A stretch of DNA of 61,720 bases from Bacteroidota bacterium (lineage in GTDB: Bacteria > Bacteroidota > Bacteroidia > Bacteroidales > UBA12077). The stretch covers positions 1 to 61,720 of the forward strand of contig JBHOSR010000003.1 in assembly GCA_042584405.1 (NCBI GenBank). Direction: 5' to 3'. The notes beneath the pieces were generated by a model that saw nothing but the letters and a program-made list of their open reading frames with translations, was not told the origin of the DNA and searched no databases. Positions 53,211 to 61,720 of the stretch are shown one piece after another. A program made the translations under genes and the position numbers. Each line of letters begins with the position of its first letter. The stretch's first letter is position 1.

Positions 53211-55158
53211 ATTTAAATGCTACCCAGCCTCTATCTTTTGATATAGCATTAATTACTGATGTAATTTGCATAAATTCCTTTTGTATTGTACTCATCTCTT
53301 CATCTGAAATTTTATTAGCTTGAGCTTCTTTCAATTTTTCCTGGGAATGACTTTGAGCTATTTCCAATATTTTTCGCTTATATGCAATTATTGTTTCAGG
53401 AACAATTTGTTTTAGTTTCATTTCTTCGGTTTCAATATGCACCCCTCCCCGTTTAAAGATCTTGCTCAAGGTATATGAAGTACTAAGCAAATCTGCTGCA
53501 AGTGTGCTTATTTGCGGATCTGAGTGATAAATAAAATGTTTGCTCTCTAATTTTTCGCCAGTATTTAGTGCATCCAAATATTCCTGAAAGATTTGCTTAT
53601 AAACTAAATTTTTAAATTCAAGATCATCATTTAGAATTTCGCTTATTGTATATTCTGCTACAGATACGTTTCGTGGTTCGTCGTATTTATCTTCCTGATA
53701 GGTATACAAGGTATTATCTGAATAGTGCAATAATAATCGAATTATTTCCTTTTCCTGAGCTTCAGAATAAACGTCATCAATAAATGATGGTAATGTTGGC
53801 GATGCTGTTTTAAAATTTTCGTCAGGCGATATTGTCTTTTTATATTCTTTTTCAAAATTCTTTCTTCGAATTTTATTTATTTCACTATAAAGAACTTTTT
53901 CATCAATTTCCAGAATATTACTACATTCTTTAATATACACAGATCGAACAATTGTTTCAGGTATAACAGCAATCGATCTTACAATATCAGAAATCAAATT
54001 TGCCCTTCTTACAGGATCATTTTTTGCTTCATTAAATAATAAGCGTGTTTTAAAAGTGATAAAATCCTCTTCGTTTTTTTCAATAAATTCAACAAGTTCT
54101 GTTGCACTATGACTTTTTGCAAACGAATCGGGATCTTCACCTTCTGGTAGTAAAAGTACTCGAACATTTAATCCCTGCTCTAAAATCAGGTCTATTCCTC
54201 GAAGAGATGCTTTAATTCCTGCTGGATCACCATCATAAATAATTGTTACATTCGGGGTAAATCGTTTTATTAAACGTATTTGCTCAACAGTTAACGAAGT
54301 TCCCGATGAAGCAACTACATTTTCAATCCCTGACTGATACATTGAAATAACATCAGTGTAACCTTCTACTAAGTAACATTTATCTAATTGAGTAATTGCT
54401 TTTTTTGCGAAGAACAATCCGTATAGTACCTTGCTTTTATGATAAATGTCGGATTCAGGAGAATTTAGATATTTAGCTGCTTTTGCATCTTTCTTTAGAA
54501 TTCGACCACCAAAACCAACTACATTCCCAGACAATCCATGAATTGGAAATATTACTCGACCCCTAAATCGATCAAAATTTCCATTCTCATTAACAATTGT
54601 TAATCCTGTTTTTTCGAGGAAATCAATTTTATATCCTTTTTCTTTTGCTGCAACGGTAAATGCATCGCGAACATCTAAGCTATAACCCAACTCAAATTTC
54701 TTAATTATTTCTTCTCGAAATCCACGTTCTTTAAAATAGCTTAACCCAATTGCCCTGCCTTCTGTGTTGTTCTGAAGTTTTTCCTGGAAATATGTATTTG
54801 CAAATTTTGTAACAACTAAAAGACTATCTCTTTCGTTTTGTTGCTGAATTTCTTCGGCTGTTAATTCCTTTTCAACAACCTCGATATTATATTTTTTAGC
54901 TAAATATTTTAAAGCATCAGGGTAGCTAAGATGCTCCTGCTCCATGATAAAGTTTACAGCATTTCCGCCTTTTCCGCACCCAAAACACTTATAAATTCCT
55001 TTTGAAGGTGATACTGTAAATGAAGGTGTTTTTTCGTTATGAAAAGGACATAATCCTAAATAATTAACACCTCGTTTTTTCAGGTTTACAAAATCCTGAA
55101 CCACTTCTGTAATTTCAGCGGTATCAATTATTCGTTGTATGGTATTATAATCAATCAT
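53209..55158 (-). CDS. dnaG: DNA primase.
   Basis: Zn finger CPFHNEKTPSFTV...CFGCGKGG. TOPRIM region EGYTDV and DGDPAG. Confidence 0.9.
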   Translation of the reverse strand: MIDYNTIQRIIDTAEITEVVQDFVNLKKRGVNYLGLCPFHNEKTPSFTVSPSKGIYKCFGCGKGGNAVNFIMEQEHLSYPDALKYLAKKYNIEVVEKELTAEEIQQQNERDSLLVVTKFANTYFQEKLQNNTEGRAIGLSYFKERGFREEIIKKFELGYSLDVRDAFTVAAKEKGYKIDFLEKTGLTIVNENGNFDRFRGRVIFPIHGLSGNVVGFGGRILKKDAKAAKYLNSPESDIYHKSKVLYGLFFAKKAITQLDKCYLVEGYTDVISMYQSGIENVVASSGTSLTVEQIRLIKRFTPNVTIIYDGDPAGIKASLRGIDLILEQGLNVRVLLLPEGEDPDSFAKSHSATELVEFIEKNEEDFITFKTRLLFNEAKNDPVRRANLISDIVRSIAVIPETIVRSVYIKECSNILEIDEKVLYSEINKIRRKNFEKEYKKTISPDENFKTASPTLPSFIDDVYSEAQEKEIIRLLLHYSDNTLYTYQEDKYDEPRNVSVAEYTISEILNDDLEFKNLVYKQIFQEYLDALNTGEKLESKHFIYHSDPQISTLAADLLSTSYTLSKIFKRGGVHIETEEMKLKQIVPETIIAYKRKILEIAQSHSQEKLKEAQANKISDEEMSTIQKEFMQITSVINAISKDRGWVAFK

Positions 55159-55309
55159 TGGGTTATGTCTCAGAAATTCAGCATCTTATTTAAACAAGAT
55201 GATTAGCTAAAATACTAAATTTTCAACGCAATTATTGTATTATTTACTTAAAATAAAAACTTCTTTTAAATTCGATTAATAATAATTAATTTGGTATAAA
55301 ATAACGAAT

Positions 55310-55990
55310 ATGAAAAAACTTGTTGTGCTAACAGGTGCTGGAATAAGTGCCGAAAGCGGAATTAAAACCTTTCGTGAAATGGGTGGCCTTTGGGAAGAAT
55401 ATGATGTTATGGAAGTTGCAAGCCCTCAGGCCTGGAATAGCAATCCTGAATTAGTAATGCGTTTTTATAACGAACGACGAAAAAAGCTTTTAGAAGCAGA
55501 ACCTAATGAAGGTCATAAAGGATTAGTTGAGCTTGAAAAATATTTTGATGTTCATATTATTACTCAGAATGTTGATGATTTACACGAAAGAGCAGGAAGC
55601 AATAAGATCCTACATTTACACGGTGAATTAAAAAAGGCAAGAAGTACTGCTGATCCTAATTTGATTTATGACATAACTGGATGGGAATTAAAACTGGGTG
55701 ATCTATGCGATAAAGGATCACAGCTTCGGCCACACATTGTGTGGTTTGGAGAAGCCGTTCCTGCAATTATGGATGCAGCTCTTATATGTGAACAAGCAGA
55801 TATATTCGTTGTTGTAGGAACTTCGCTTAATGTTTATCCTGCAGCAGGATTGTTAGACTACGCTCCAAACGGAATTCCTGGTTTCTTAATAGACCCGAAT
55901 GATGTGCCTACTTCAAACAAAAATATAACATTTATAAAAGAAAAAGCCAGCGTTGGTGTGCGCAGGCTTATTGAGTTATTGAAAAATTAA
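55310..55990 (+). CDS. cobB: Sir2-family NAD-dependent protein deacylase.
   Basis: GAGISAESGIKTFR, QNVDDLHERAG and LHLHGEL motifs. Confidence 0.85.
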   Translation: MKKLVVLTGAGISAESGIKTFREMGGLWEEYDVMEVASPQAWNSNPELVMRFYNERRKKLLEAEPNEGHKGLVELEKYFDVHIITQNVDDLHERAGSNKILHLHGELKKARSTADPNLIYDITGWELKLGDLCDKGSQLRPHIVWFGEAVPAIMDAALICEQADIFVVVGTSLNVYPAAGLLDYAPNGIPGFLIDPNDVPTSNKNITFIKEKASVGVRRLIELLKN

Positions 55991-55995
55991 AAATG

Positions 55996-56379
55996 TTAAT
56001 GATTAATAAGTATTTTCCGAGTATTTAAAAGTTTTCCATCAATTTGAAGGGAACAGAAATATAATCCGTTTTTATAATCACTAACTGATATTTTAATATT
56101 ATCTGACTTATTTTCTAAAACCTTAGTATATACAACTGCACCAATTGAGTTATAAATAAGAAGTTTTGCTTCTTTTATAAAAATAACATCGTATTCAATA
56201 AATAAATAATTTGATGCTGGGTTTGGATATAATTTCAGTTTTTGAATTTCATATAATTTATTTGTAGAAGTGTCAGTTGGATTTTGATCATTTATAATAC
56301 TTTCGAACAAATTATCTTGATTTGCGAAAACAGACCCTAAAATAAAGATTGAAGTTATAAGGAGTAAAAACTTTTTCAT
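55996..56379 (-). CDS. Small T9SS-secreted protein of unknown function.
   Basis: Signal peptide from the ATG at 56379. C-terminal Por sorting domain (KLYPNPASNYLFIEY...GLYFCSLQ). Confidence 0.6.
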   Translation of the reverse strand: MKKFLLLITSIFILGSVFANQDNLFESIINDQNPTDTSTNKLYEIQKLKLYPNPASNYLFIEYDVIFIKEAKLLIYNSIGAVVYTKVLENKSDNIKISVSDYKNGLYFCSLQIDGKLLNTRKILINH

Positions 56380-56528
56380 AAACAAGGGGTGTTAATTGTT
56401 ATCTAATTTACAAAATAACAAAAACTATACCTATCTATACGGAGGAAAAATGTTAAAGTTTGCAAAAGTTTCTTAATTTATTCTATTATAAAAAAAGACA
56501 AACAGGTCGTTTTATTCAATTTAAATTA

Positions 56529-56536
56529 TAATTTTG
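56529..56536 (+). promoter_or_regulatory. Candidate Bacteroidota -7 box TAATTTTG.
   Basis: Exact TAnnTTTG match 41 nt upstream of the ATG at 56577. Confidence 0.35.
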
Positions 56537-56576
56537 AGCATAATTAACACCCTTAAACCATTAAATTCGTATTCTC

Positions 56577-57302
56577 ATGAAAAGATTTTTACTTTTAATA
56601 GTTCTCGGAATATTTATACAAATAAGTGCATTTGCACAAAGTTTAGAGTTGATAAAAAAGGATGGATCAGCGATTGTAAACGATTCAATTAACATAGCCA
56701 CTTCTAACGATTCATCAGTCATTGAAGTTCCTGTTTATGTAAAAAACATTTCAACTAAAACACTAGATGTTTTTGTAAAAGTTTATATTAAAAACCTTGT
56801 TTCAGGAAGCACAGCTTCTTATTGCTGGGGCTCAAGTTGTTTTGATATTTCTACATCACCTTCAACAACTTCTACTTCAATTCTTGCTACTGATACAGCT
56901 AAAGAATTTCATAGCGACTATAATCCTCAAAAAAATCTTGGAATAACTGAGATCATGTATACTTTTTATGTTGATAAAGAAGAAGAGGATTCTGTATCTG
57001 TTTCAGTTTTTTATGAGATAATGGCTACAGGAATTAATAGCTTATCTGAAATAACTGAAAGCATTTCTTCATATCCTAATCCTGTTGAAAGCACATTGTA
57101 TTTTGGCTATGACTTGAAGAATGCAGGTAATTCGTTTATTAAAATTTATGACATTGTTGGGAAACAAATAAAAAGTCAAAAAATAAATAGAATGGATAAG
57201 ACTGCAGAAATAAGTGTTGCAGAGCTTAATACAGGATTATATATTTGGACATTTGAGTTAGATGGAAATCCAATAAAATCGAATAAGTTCATAAAAAAAT
57301 AA
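56577..57302 (+). CDS. T9SS-secreted protein of unknown function.
   Basis: Signal peptide. C-terminal sorting domain (SYPNPVESTLYFGY...GLYIWTFE). Confidence 0.6.
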   Translation: MKRFLLLIVLGIFIQISAFAQSLELIKKDGSAIVNDSINIATSNDSSVIEVPVYVKNISTKTLDVFVKVYIKNLVSGSTASYCWGSSCFDISTSPSTTSTSILATDTAKEFHSDYNPQKNLGITEIMYTFYVDKEEEDSVSVSVFYEIMATGINSLSEITESISSYPNPVESTLYFGYDLKNAGNSFIKIYDIVGKQIKSQKINRMDKTAEISVAELNTGLYIWTFELDGNPIKSNKFIKK

Positions 57303-57308
57303 TAAAAT

Positions 57309-57338
57309 AAAAAACCTGCAAAATTTTGCAGGTTTTTT
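57309..57338. terminator. Bidirectional terminator (perfect palindrome).
   Basis: AAAAAACCTGCAAAATTTTGCAGGTTTTTT. Confidence 0.8.
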
Positions 57339-57342
57339 ATTG

Positions 57343-58194
57343 CTAATGCATTATGTGTTCTTGCGAAGCCTGTAAGACTTCCTTAGTATCGTTCTTATAA
57401 ACAAAGGCTACTATAGAACAATTCTCAATTTTCCAATCTGTATTAACAGAATAACTATATGATTTACTTTTAACATCGTTAGCATTTACTTGTCCGTTCA
57501 AAATTTCTTCACCCCATGCACTATTAACAGCATCTCTAAAAACATGGTTGTGAGTATAAAATTCGACGTCTTGTTCTCCGCTTGGCAAAGAATAATCTTT
57601 TTGCCACGAAACAATGGAATCTTCAATAAAATATACCGATAACATTAATTTTTCATTCATTGCATCAATAAAAACAGCATCTATATCCACATCCAGATTT
57701 CTAGAACCAGAGTTGTAACTTAAAGCAATATTAATATCCATTACAGGTTCTTGCAAAAGTAATTCACTTACAGCTGATGTCCAATATGATTGACCCAAGG
57801 TTAAATCACCATTATATTCTGTTCTGTTAATTATTGCACTTGGATATTCGCTTGGACCAAAGAATTCGCTAATAGTATTACCATCTTCGGTATTATAATC
57901 GTAGGTATATTCTCCTGAAGAATTAGTTTGAGCAAAAATTCCTGTATGTATTGAAACAGGAATTACATGATCGCAATACAATTCTTTTAATAGTTCAATA
58001 GTTTCATCACCTCCAGGACAATATCCGCATTTATGGCCTGTAAATTCTTCAATTAAAATCTGCTTAATTGAAATAGGTAATGTTGCATCACCGCACTGAC
58101 CACTATACTCTATAAATGGTTCTTCAATATCATCACAACTTCCAATAAATAATAAACCTATCGCCAATATTAATAATCTAATTTCTTTCATCAT
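57343..58194 (-). CDS. Omp28-related outer-membrane lipoprotein (thioredoxin-like fold with CxxC).
   Basis: Lipobox IGSC. EEFTGHKCGYCPGG motif is typical of Omp28-related proteins. Confidence 0.65.
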   Translation of the reverse strand: MMKEIRLLILAIGLLFIGSCDDIEEPFIEYSGQCGDATLPISIKQILIEEFTGHKCGYCPGGDETIELLKELYCDHVIPVSIHTGIFAQTNSSGEYTYDYNTEDGNTISEFFGPSEYPSAIINRTEYNGDLTLGQSYWTSAVSELLLQEPVMDINIALSYNSGSRNLDVDIDAVFIDAMNEKLMLSVYFIEDSIVSWQKDYSLPSGEQDVEFYTHNHVFRDAVNSAWGEEILNGQVNANDVKSKSYSYSVNTDWKIENCSIVAFVYKNDTKEVLQASQEHIMH

Positions 58195-58202
58195 TCAAAA
58201 AT

Positions 58203-59852
58203 TTAAAAACTACTTGTAATTGAAATATTAAAACCACTTGCTGCAGGTACATTTCTGCATACACCGCCAATACATATAACTCCTTCTCGTTGTCTACCAT
58301 AACCTACCTGAATTCGATTTGCATTCTTTTTAAACCCTGCTGCCACATTAAAGTAATGTAGTTTATTGTATGTATTTCCGTAATTGTATTGATCTGAAAT
58401 ACTTAAAAACCATTTTGGTGCAATAGTGTATTCCAGTAAGCCCATAGTCCAATCTCCTTTATCCTCTTCAGTAAATAATCCTTGCAACTCCATTCTTAAT
58501 GAATGGCGTGGTTTTATTTTATAAGTAACATCTAAAATACCGATATTTGCATTTAGGGTTCCGAAGCTAATAACTTTTGCTATATAATCATCTTGTATTA
58601 GCTTAACTACATCATTGTTAAAGGTAATATTCAAATAACTTATATCTAATTTCCATTTTGCATTTATCTTTTTATGAATATTAGCATTAATATCTCTAAA
58701 ATAAATCTCATCACCTATTTCAAAATACTTTGATTTGTAACCAGTAATATCAGCATTTGGTGTTGTTTTTAAGCTATTTACCTGAGAGTAACTTATTGTA
58801 ATATTTGTTCCGTATTTACCCCCTAAAAAAGAACCTTTGCTGAAATTATACATTATTTCTCCATGAAATCCAATCTCACCTTTTGGCTGTGTTGCATATG
58901 GATACATTGCAGCTAAAGAATATGTATGATTCTTTGTTATTGAAGGAATATAATTGATTTGTAAATTATTTAAACTTGCATTTCTGTCTGAACGAAAACT
59001 CATATTATCAACACGTTTCATGCTTAAATAAATCCCTAATCCTTTTTGTGAATAGGTTGCATTAATTAAAAGAGCATCGCCATATTTTATAATATATCCA
59101 TTATCAGATGATGGATCGGGATATTTATAAGCATATTCCCCTGTTAAATTAAATCCACCTCGAACATAAGAAAGTCTACCTGCAAATGCACCCACATTTT
59201 CAGGTAAATTATAAATCGGTTCTTCATCTTTTTGATATTTACTTATAAAACTACCTCCAAGAATAAATTGTGATTTAAACTCACTTGTTAATGAAAACAA
59301 ATCATTAATAAAAACTTCACCATCAATACCACGAACAATACCAGGACCCAAATCAAAATAAGATCGTTGTTTTCCTGTAAATCCTTTTAAATAAATTCCT
59401 TTATACGGATTAAATTTAATTTTTATTCCATCTAATGCATTATCGTAACCAAGAGATTTGTCTTCGTATGATCTGAATATTAATCCACTTCCGAACTGTT
59501 CATAAAAATTACCTACTGTAACTTCTAAATCATCGTTTTGATAAGTTATAAAACGATAAGGAACACCAACTCCGTTATATTCATCATCATAACCAAGCAT
59601 TGCATCCATATATCCTTCGTATCGTAATCCTGCAGTAAAATTTCTCTTGGTATAGGTAAAATTGGCATATGAATTTAATCCCATTTTCGAAGGTGGCACT
59701 TCCGCACCAATTGCAGAATCGTTTCTGTAGACTTGTGCATCCACCTGAAAGTTACCATGCAACTGACCTTCGTTATTTTGTGCAAAAACTATTGTATTTG
59801 ATAAAACTATTATGCTTAAACATACTAGCCTTTTCACTTTAATTATGTTCAT
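58203..59852 (-). CDS. Outer-membrane beta-barrel protein (DUF6029-like).
   Basis: Signal peptide, alternating beta-strand pattern, GNFYEQFGSGLIFRSYEDKSLGYDNALDG motif, C-terminal ...SITSSF. Confidence 0.55.
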   Translation of the reverse strand: MNIIKVKRLVCLSIIVLSNTIVFAQNNEGQLHGNFQVDAQVYRNDSAIGAEVPPSKMGLNSYANFTYTKRNFTAGLRYEGYMDAMLGYDDEYNGVGVPYRFITYQNDDLEVTVGNFYEQFGSGLIFRSYEDKSLGYDNALDGIKIKFNPYKGIYLKGFTGKQRSYFDLGPGIVRGIDGEVFINDLFSLTSEFKSQFILGGSFISKYQKDEEPIYNLPENVGAFAGRLSYVRGGFNLTGEYAYKYPDPSSDNGYIIKYGDALLINATYSQKGLGIYLSMKRVDNMSFRSDRNASLNNLQINYIPSITKNHTYSLAAMYPYATQPKGEIGFHGEIMYNFSKGSFLGGKYGTNITISYSQVNSLKTTPNADITGYKSKYFEIGDEIYFRDINANIHKKINAKWKLDISYLNITFNNDVVKLIQDDYIAKVISFGTLNANIGILDVTYKIKPRHSLRMELQGLFTEEDKGDWTMGLLEYTIAPKWFLSISDQYNYGNTYNKLHYFNVAAGFKKNANRIQVGYGRQREGVICIGGVCRNVPAASGFNISITSSF

Positions 59853-59853
59853 T

Positions 59854-60351
59854 TTATTTTAAGCTTTTTTCTTTTATAGCATCGTAAAGTTCATATTCGT
59901 CGCCCTCGGAATATGATGTATGTTGCCATAAGATTTTTCCATTTCCGTCTAACAATAATGTATGAGGTACATTTACCACATTCATAGCTCGTTTGAAATC
60001 TTCGTTTGGATCTAAATAAAACTGAATATTCTCCCAACCACGGCCATTAACAAATGGTGCTACACGACTCATACTTCTTGTGTTATCGATAGAAACTGCA
60101 AAAAGTTTAACCCCTGTTTCTTCGGACCAGTCAATAATATTTTCGTTATAAGAATCTAGCTCTTTAATACATGGTTTGCACCATGTTGCCCAAAAGCTTA
60201 TTATTACCAGAGATTTCCCATCAAACAAATCTTGGGTATTAACTATTTCGTTTTGTAAATTCTTTATCTGGATATTTTGCAAGTTTTTAGTTTGAGATAA
60301 AACGACCAAACCAATAATTGCTAAAATAAAAGTTAAAACGGTTTTTTTCAT
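59854..60351 (-). CDS. TlpA-family thiol:disulfide oxidoreductase.
   Basis: FWATWCKPC. The ATG at 60351 gives a signal peptide. The longer track ORF would run through a terminator hairpin. Confidence 0.8.
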   Translation of the reverse strand: MKKTVLTFILAIIGLVVLSQTKNLQNIQIKNLQNEIVNTQDLFDGKSLVIISFWATWCKPCIKELDSYNENIIDWSEETGVKLFAVSIDNTRSMSRVAPFVNGRGWENIQFYLDPNEDFKRAMNVVNVPHTLLLDGNGKILWQHTSYSEGDEYELYDAIKEKSLK

Positions 60352-60372
60352 AACTATTATGTTACAATAAAT

Positions 60373-60397
60373 GGATGGTAGATTAAATCTACCATCC
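60373..60397 (-). terminator. Hairpin terminator downstream of the partial Omp28-like/Ig/T9SS gene.
   Basis: 11-bp perfect stem GGATGGTAGAT-taa-ATCTACCATCC. Confidence 0.6.
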
Positions 60398-60426
60398 AAA
60401 TAAAATTTATATTAATTAATCTCTTA

Positions 60427-61720
60427 TTATTTAATTATTTGTATTTTTTTAGTTGTGTTTTTACCACCTAACGAAACTTTAACAAAATACAATCCATTAT
60501 CAAACTTGCTTAAATCCAGTTCAAGATTATGAACTCCATTTTTTAATTTCCCTTTATCAGAAACTTTTACAAGTTGTCCGGATTCATTATACACATGTAT
60601 AACTACATTAGCAGATTCAACTATACTTAATTTAAGATTTAAATAATCTTTTGTTGGATTAGGATAAATTTTAAAACCTGTACTTAAAAAATTATCATGA
60701 ATTCCTGTTGCAGCTTCAGTTGTAAATATTGAACTTACAGGTTCAATAGGAACGTCATATTCATTTTCAACATCGGCACTAATGCTAATATAATAATCTT
60801 GACTTGCATCTAAAACTGCATCCGGATCAACTGTGATAATTGTTTTATCATTATTAATAATTGCTGTAAACGCTACATCTTCCCCAGTATCATTGTCTTT
60901 CTTAAATGTTATAAGAGGAGAAGGATCCGAAATTGCATCGTCATTTAGTAATCGAACTGCCATATCAAATGAAATTGTTATATCGTGATCACGTACCACG
61001 TTTGTAGTTCCATTTTCAGGGTCAATTGTTGCAGTTGCCACCGGATAATCGCCGGTAGTAAACGAAATACTTGTTTCTTCAACAGGTGTCCCATTATATC
61101 CCTCTAATCCAGTTTTTACTCCTAAATAATATGTTGTTTGAGCATTTAAGTCATCATTAGGTTCAACATCAATAGTTTTTTTAGTGTCCGAAATTATTAT
61201 GGTACTTGGCACATCTTCACCGTCAGTGCTACCCTCTCTTAAATACACAAGAGTATCTGCTTCAGTTATAACCTCACCTCCAATATATCTTACGGCTATA
61301 TCGAAGTTCACTTCAAAGTCTTTGCTTATAGTAACATTTTCTTCTCCTTCTGTAACATTAAAAGTAACTTCAGGGGCTGATACATCTGAAATAAGCTGAT
61401 AAACAGCATACATTTCTTTATCGTCATTGTTTTGAACAAAAACAACTAATTCCATTTCCTCACTTACTTCAGAATCCATTTTATCATCATCGTAAGCTGG
61501 TAGACCGATATCAGTGCCATTAACATCAGGAAACATATAGCGCATGACATCAGGAAATTCTGTTTCACCATTAGAACCAGGTGCTGAGCTATATTCCTTA
61601 TCTTCAATTAAAACAGTATGAACCACTATTTCCCCAGCACTAAATTCAGCCAATGAGTTTAATTGAACATCAACATAAACTGAATCATTTGCATAGGTTA
61701 AATCAGCAGTAATATCAAAC
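60427..61720 (-). CDS. Partial (5' end outside the window) Omp28-like domain, 2 Ig-like (SbsA/Big-type) domains and a T9SS C-terminal sorting domain.
   Basis: The frame stays open to the window edge (..FDITADLTYANDSVYVDVQLNS LAEF..). The N-part parallels the 57343-58194 protein (VHTVLIEDKEY../..VVFVQNNDDKEMY). There are two ~95-aa repeats. C-terminal KIYPNPTKDYLNL...GLYFVKV. Confidence 0.65.
   Translation of the reverse strand, partial: FDITADLTYANDSVYVDVQLNSLAEFSAGEIVVHTVLIEDKEYSSAPGSNGETEFPDVMRYMFPDVNGTDIGLPAYDDDKMDSEVSEEMELVVFVQNNDDKEMYAVYQLISDVSAPEVTFNVTEGEENVTISKDFEVNFDIAVRYIGGEVITEADTLVYLREGSTDGEDVPSTIIISDTKKTIDVEPNDDLNAQTTYYLGVKTGLEGYNGTPVEETSISFTTGDYPVATATIDPENGTTNVVRDHDITISFDMAVRLLNDDAISDPSPLITFKKDNDTGEDVAFTAIINNDKTIITVDPDAVLDASQDYYISISADVENEYDVPIEPVSSIFTTEAATGIHDNFLSTGFKIYPNPTKDYLNLKLSIVESANVVIHVYNESGQLVKVSDKGKLKNGVHNLELDLSKFDNGLYFVKVSLGGKNTTKKIQIIK

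Noticed and set aside
1-61720. Mobile elements, prophage, CRISPR arrays, tRNA/rRNA genes and defence-system genes.
   Set aside because: There are no transposase, integrase, recombinase, Cas, restriction or toxin-like ORFs. No regularly spaced repeats were seen. No tRNA-like T-arm (GGTTCGAATCC-type) or rRNA-like segments were seen in the intergenic regions. The window looks like core or accessory metabolic chromosome.

Overview
This is an AT-rich, gene-dense 61.7-kb chromosomal window. It most likely comes from an anaerobic member of the Bacteroidota. Supporting signs are four proteins ending in Por/T9SS C-terminal sorting domains, an S46 dipeptidyl-peptidase with the DEGMWLP motif, many lipoprotein signals, TAnnTTTG-type -7 boxes and few Shine-Dalgarno sequences. 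I call about 55 protein-coding genes and a set of hairpin terminators. I found no rRNA, tRNA, CRISPR array, transposase or integrase.

Gene content in order:
- Start to about 7.2 kb: a lipoprotein and a saccharopine-dehydrogenase-like enzyme, then a 5-gene corrinoid methyltransferase operon (corrinoid protein, Hcy-type Zn methyltransferase, MetH-type reactivation domain, non-Pyl MttB-family methyltransferase, APC permease).
- 7.3-14.1 kb: an S46 peptidase, then accD-accA followed by an OadA/PycB-like carboxyltransferase fused to a full AccB-type BCCP.
- 14.2-19.9 kb: a TolC/RND/MFP efflux operon.
- 20.6-29.9 kb: a 9.3-kb co-directional array of 15 genes on the minus strand. It holds a DUF134 regulator, a thioesterase, Mrp, two small Gly-rich GYC proteins, two NifX-like proteins, a NifU-like protein, two MinD-ferredoxin ATPases, an MBL-fold protein, methionine gamma-lyase, DUF4405, CGGC and CobO.
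- 31.1-35.6 kb: a TroA/ABC-3 metal uptake operon with an outer-membrane barrel but no ATPase.
- 35.8-47.1 kb: M49, M28 and a large mosaic C1/T9SS peptidase, plus an AsmA-like protein.
- 47.3-56.0 kb: a LytTR regulator, a propeller histidine kinase and CreD, followed by DnaG and a Sir2 deacylase.
- 56.0-61.7 kb: two small T9SS cargo proteins, then an Omp28-like/DUF6029-like barrel/TlpA envelope cluster.

The best candidates for undescribed biology are:
1. The MttB-family enzyme wired to a split MetH that lacks a pterin module, which could be a methylamine- or quaternary-amine-dependent methionine synthase.
2. The DUF134/NifX-like/MinD-ferredoxin metallocluster-type gene array in a non-nitrogenase context.
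3. The accD-accA-(5S-like::AccB) operon, which has no biotin carboxylase and looks like a malonyl-CoA:pyruvate transcarboxylase.

All functional calls are motif and family recognition by eye from the supplied translations. No database search was run.
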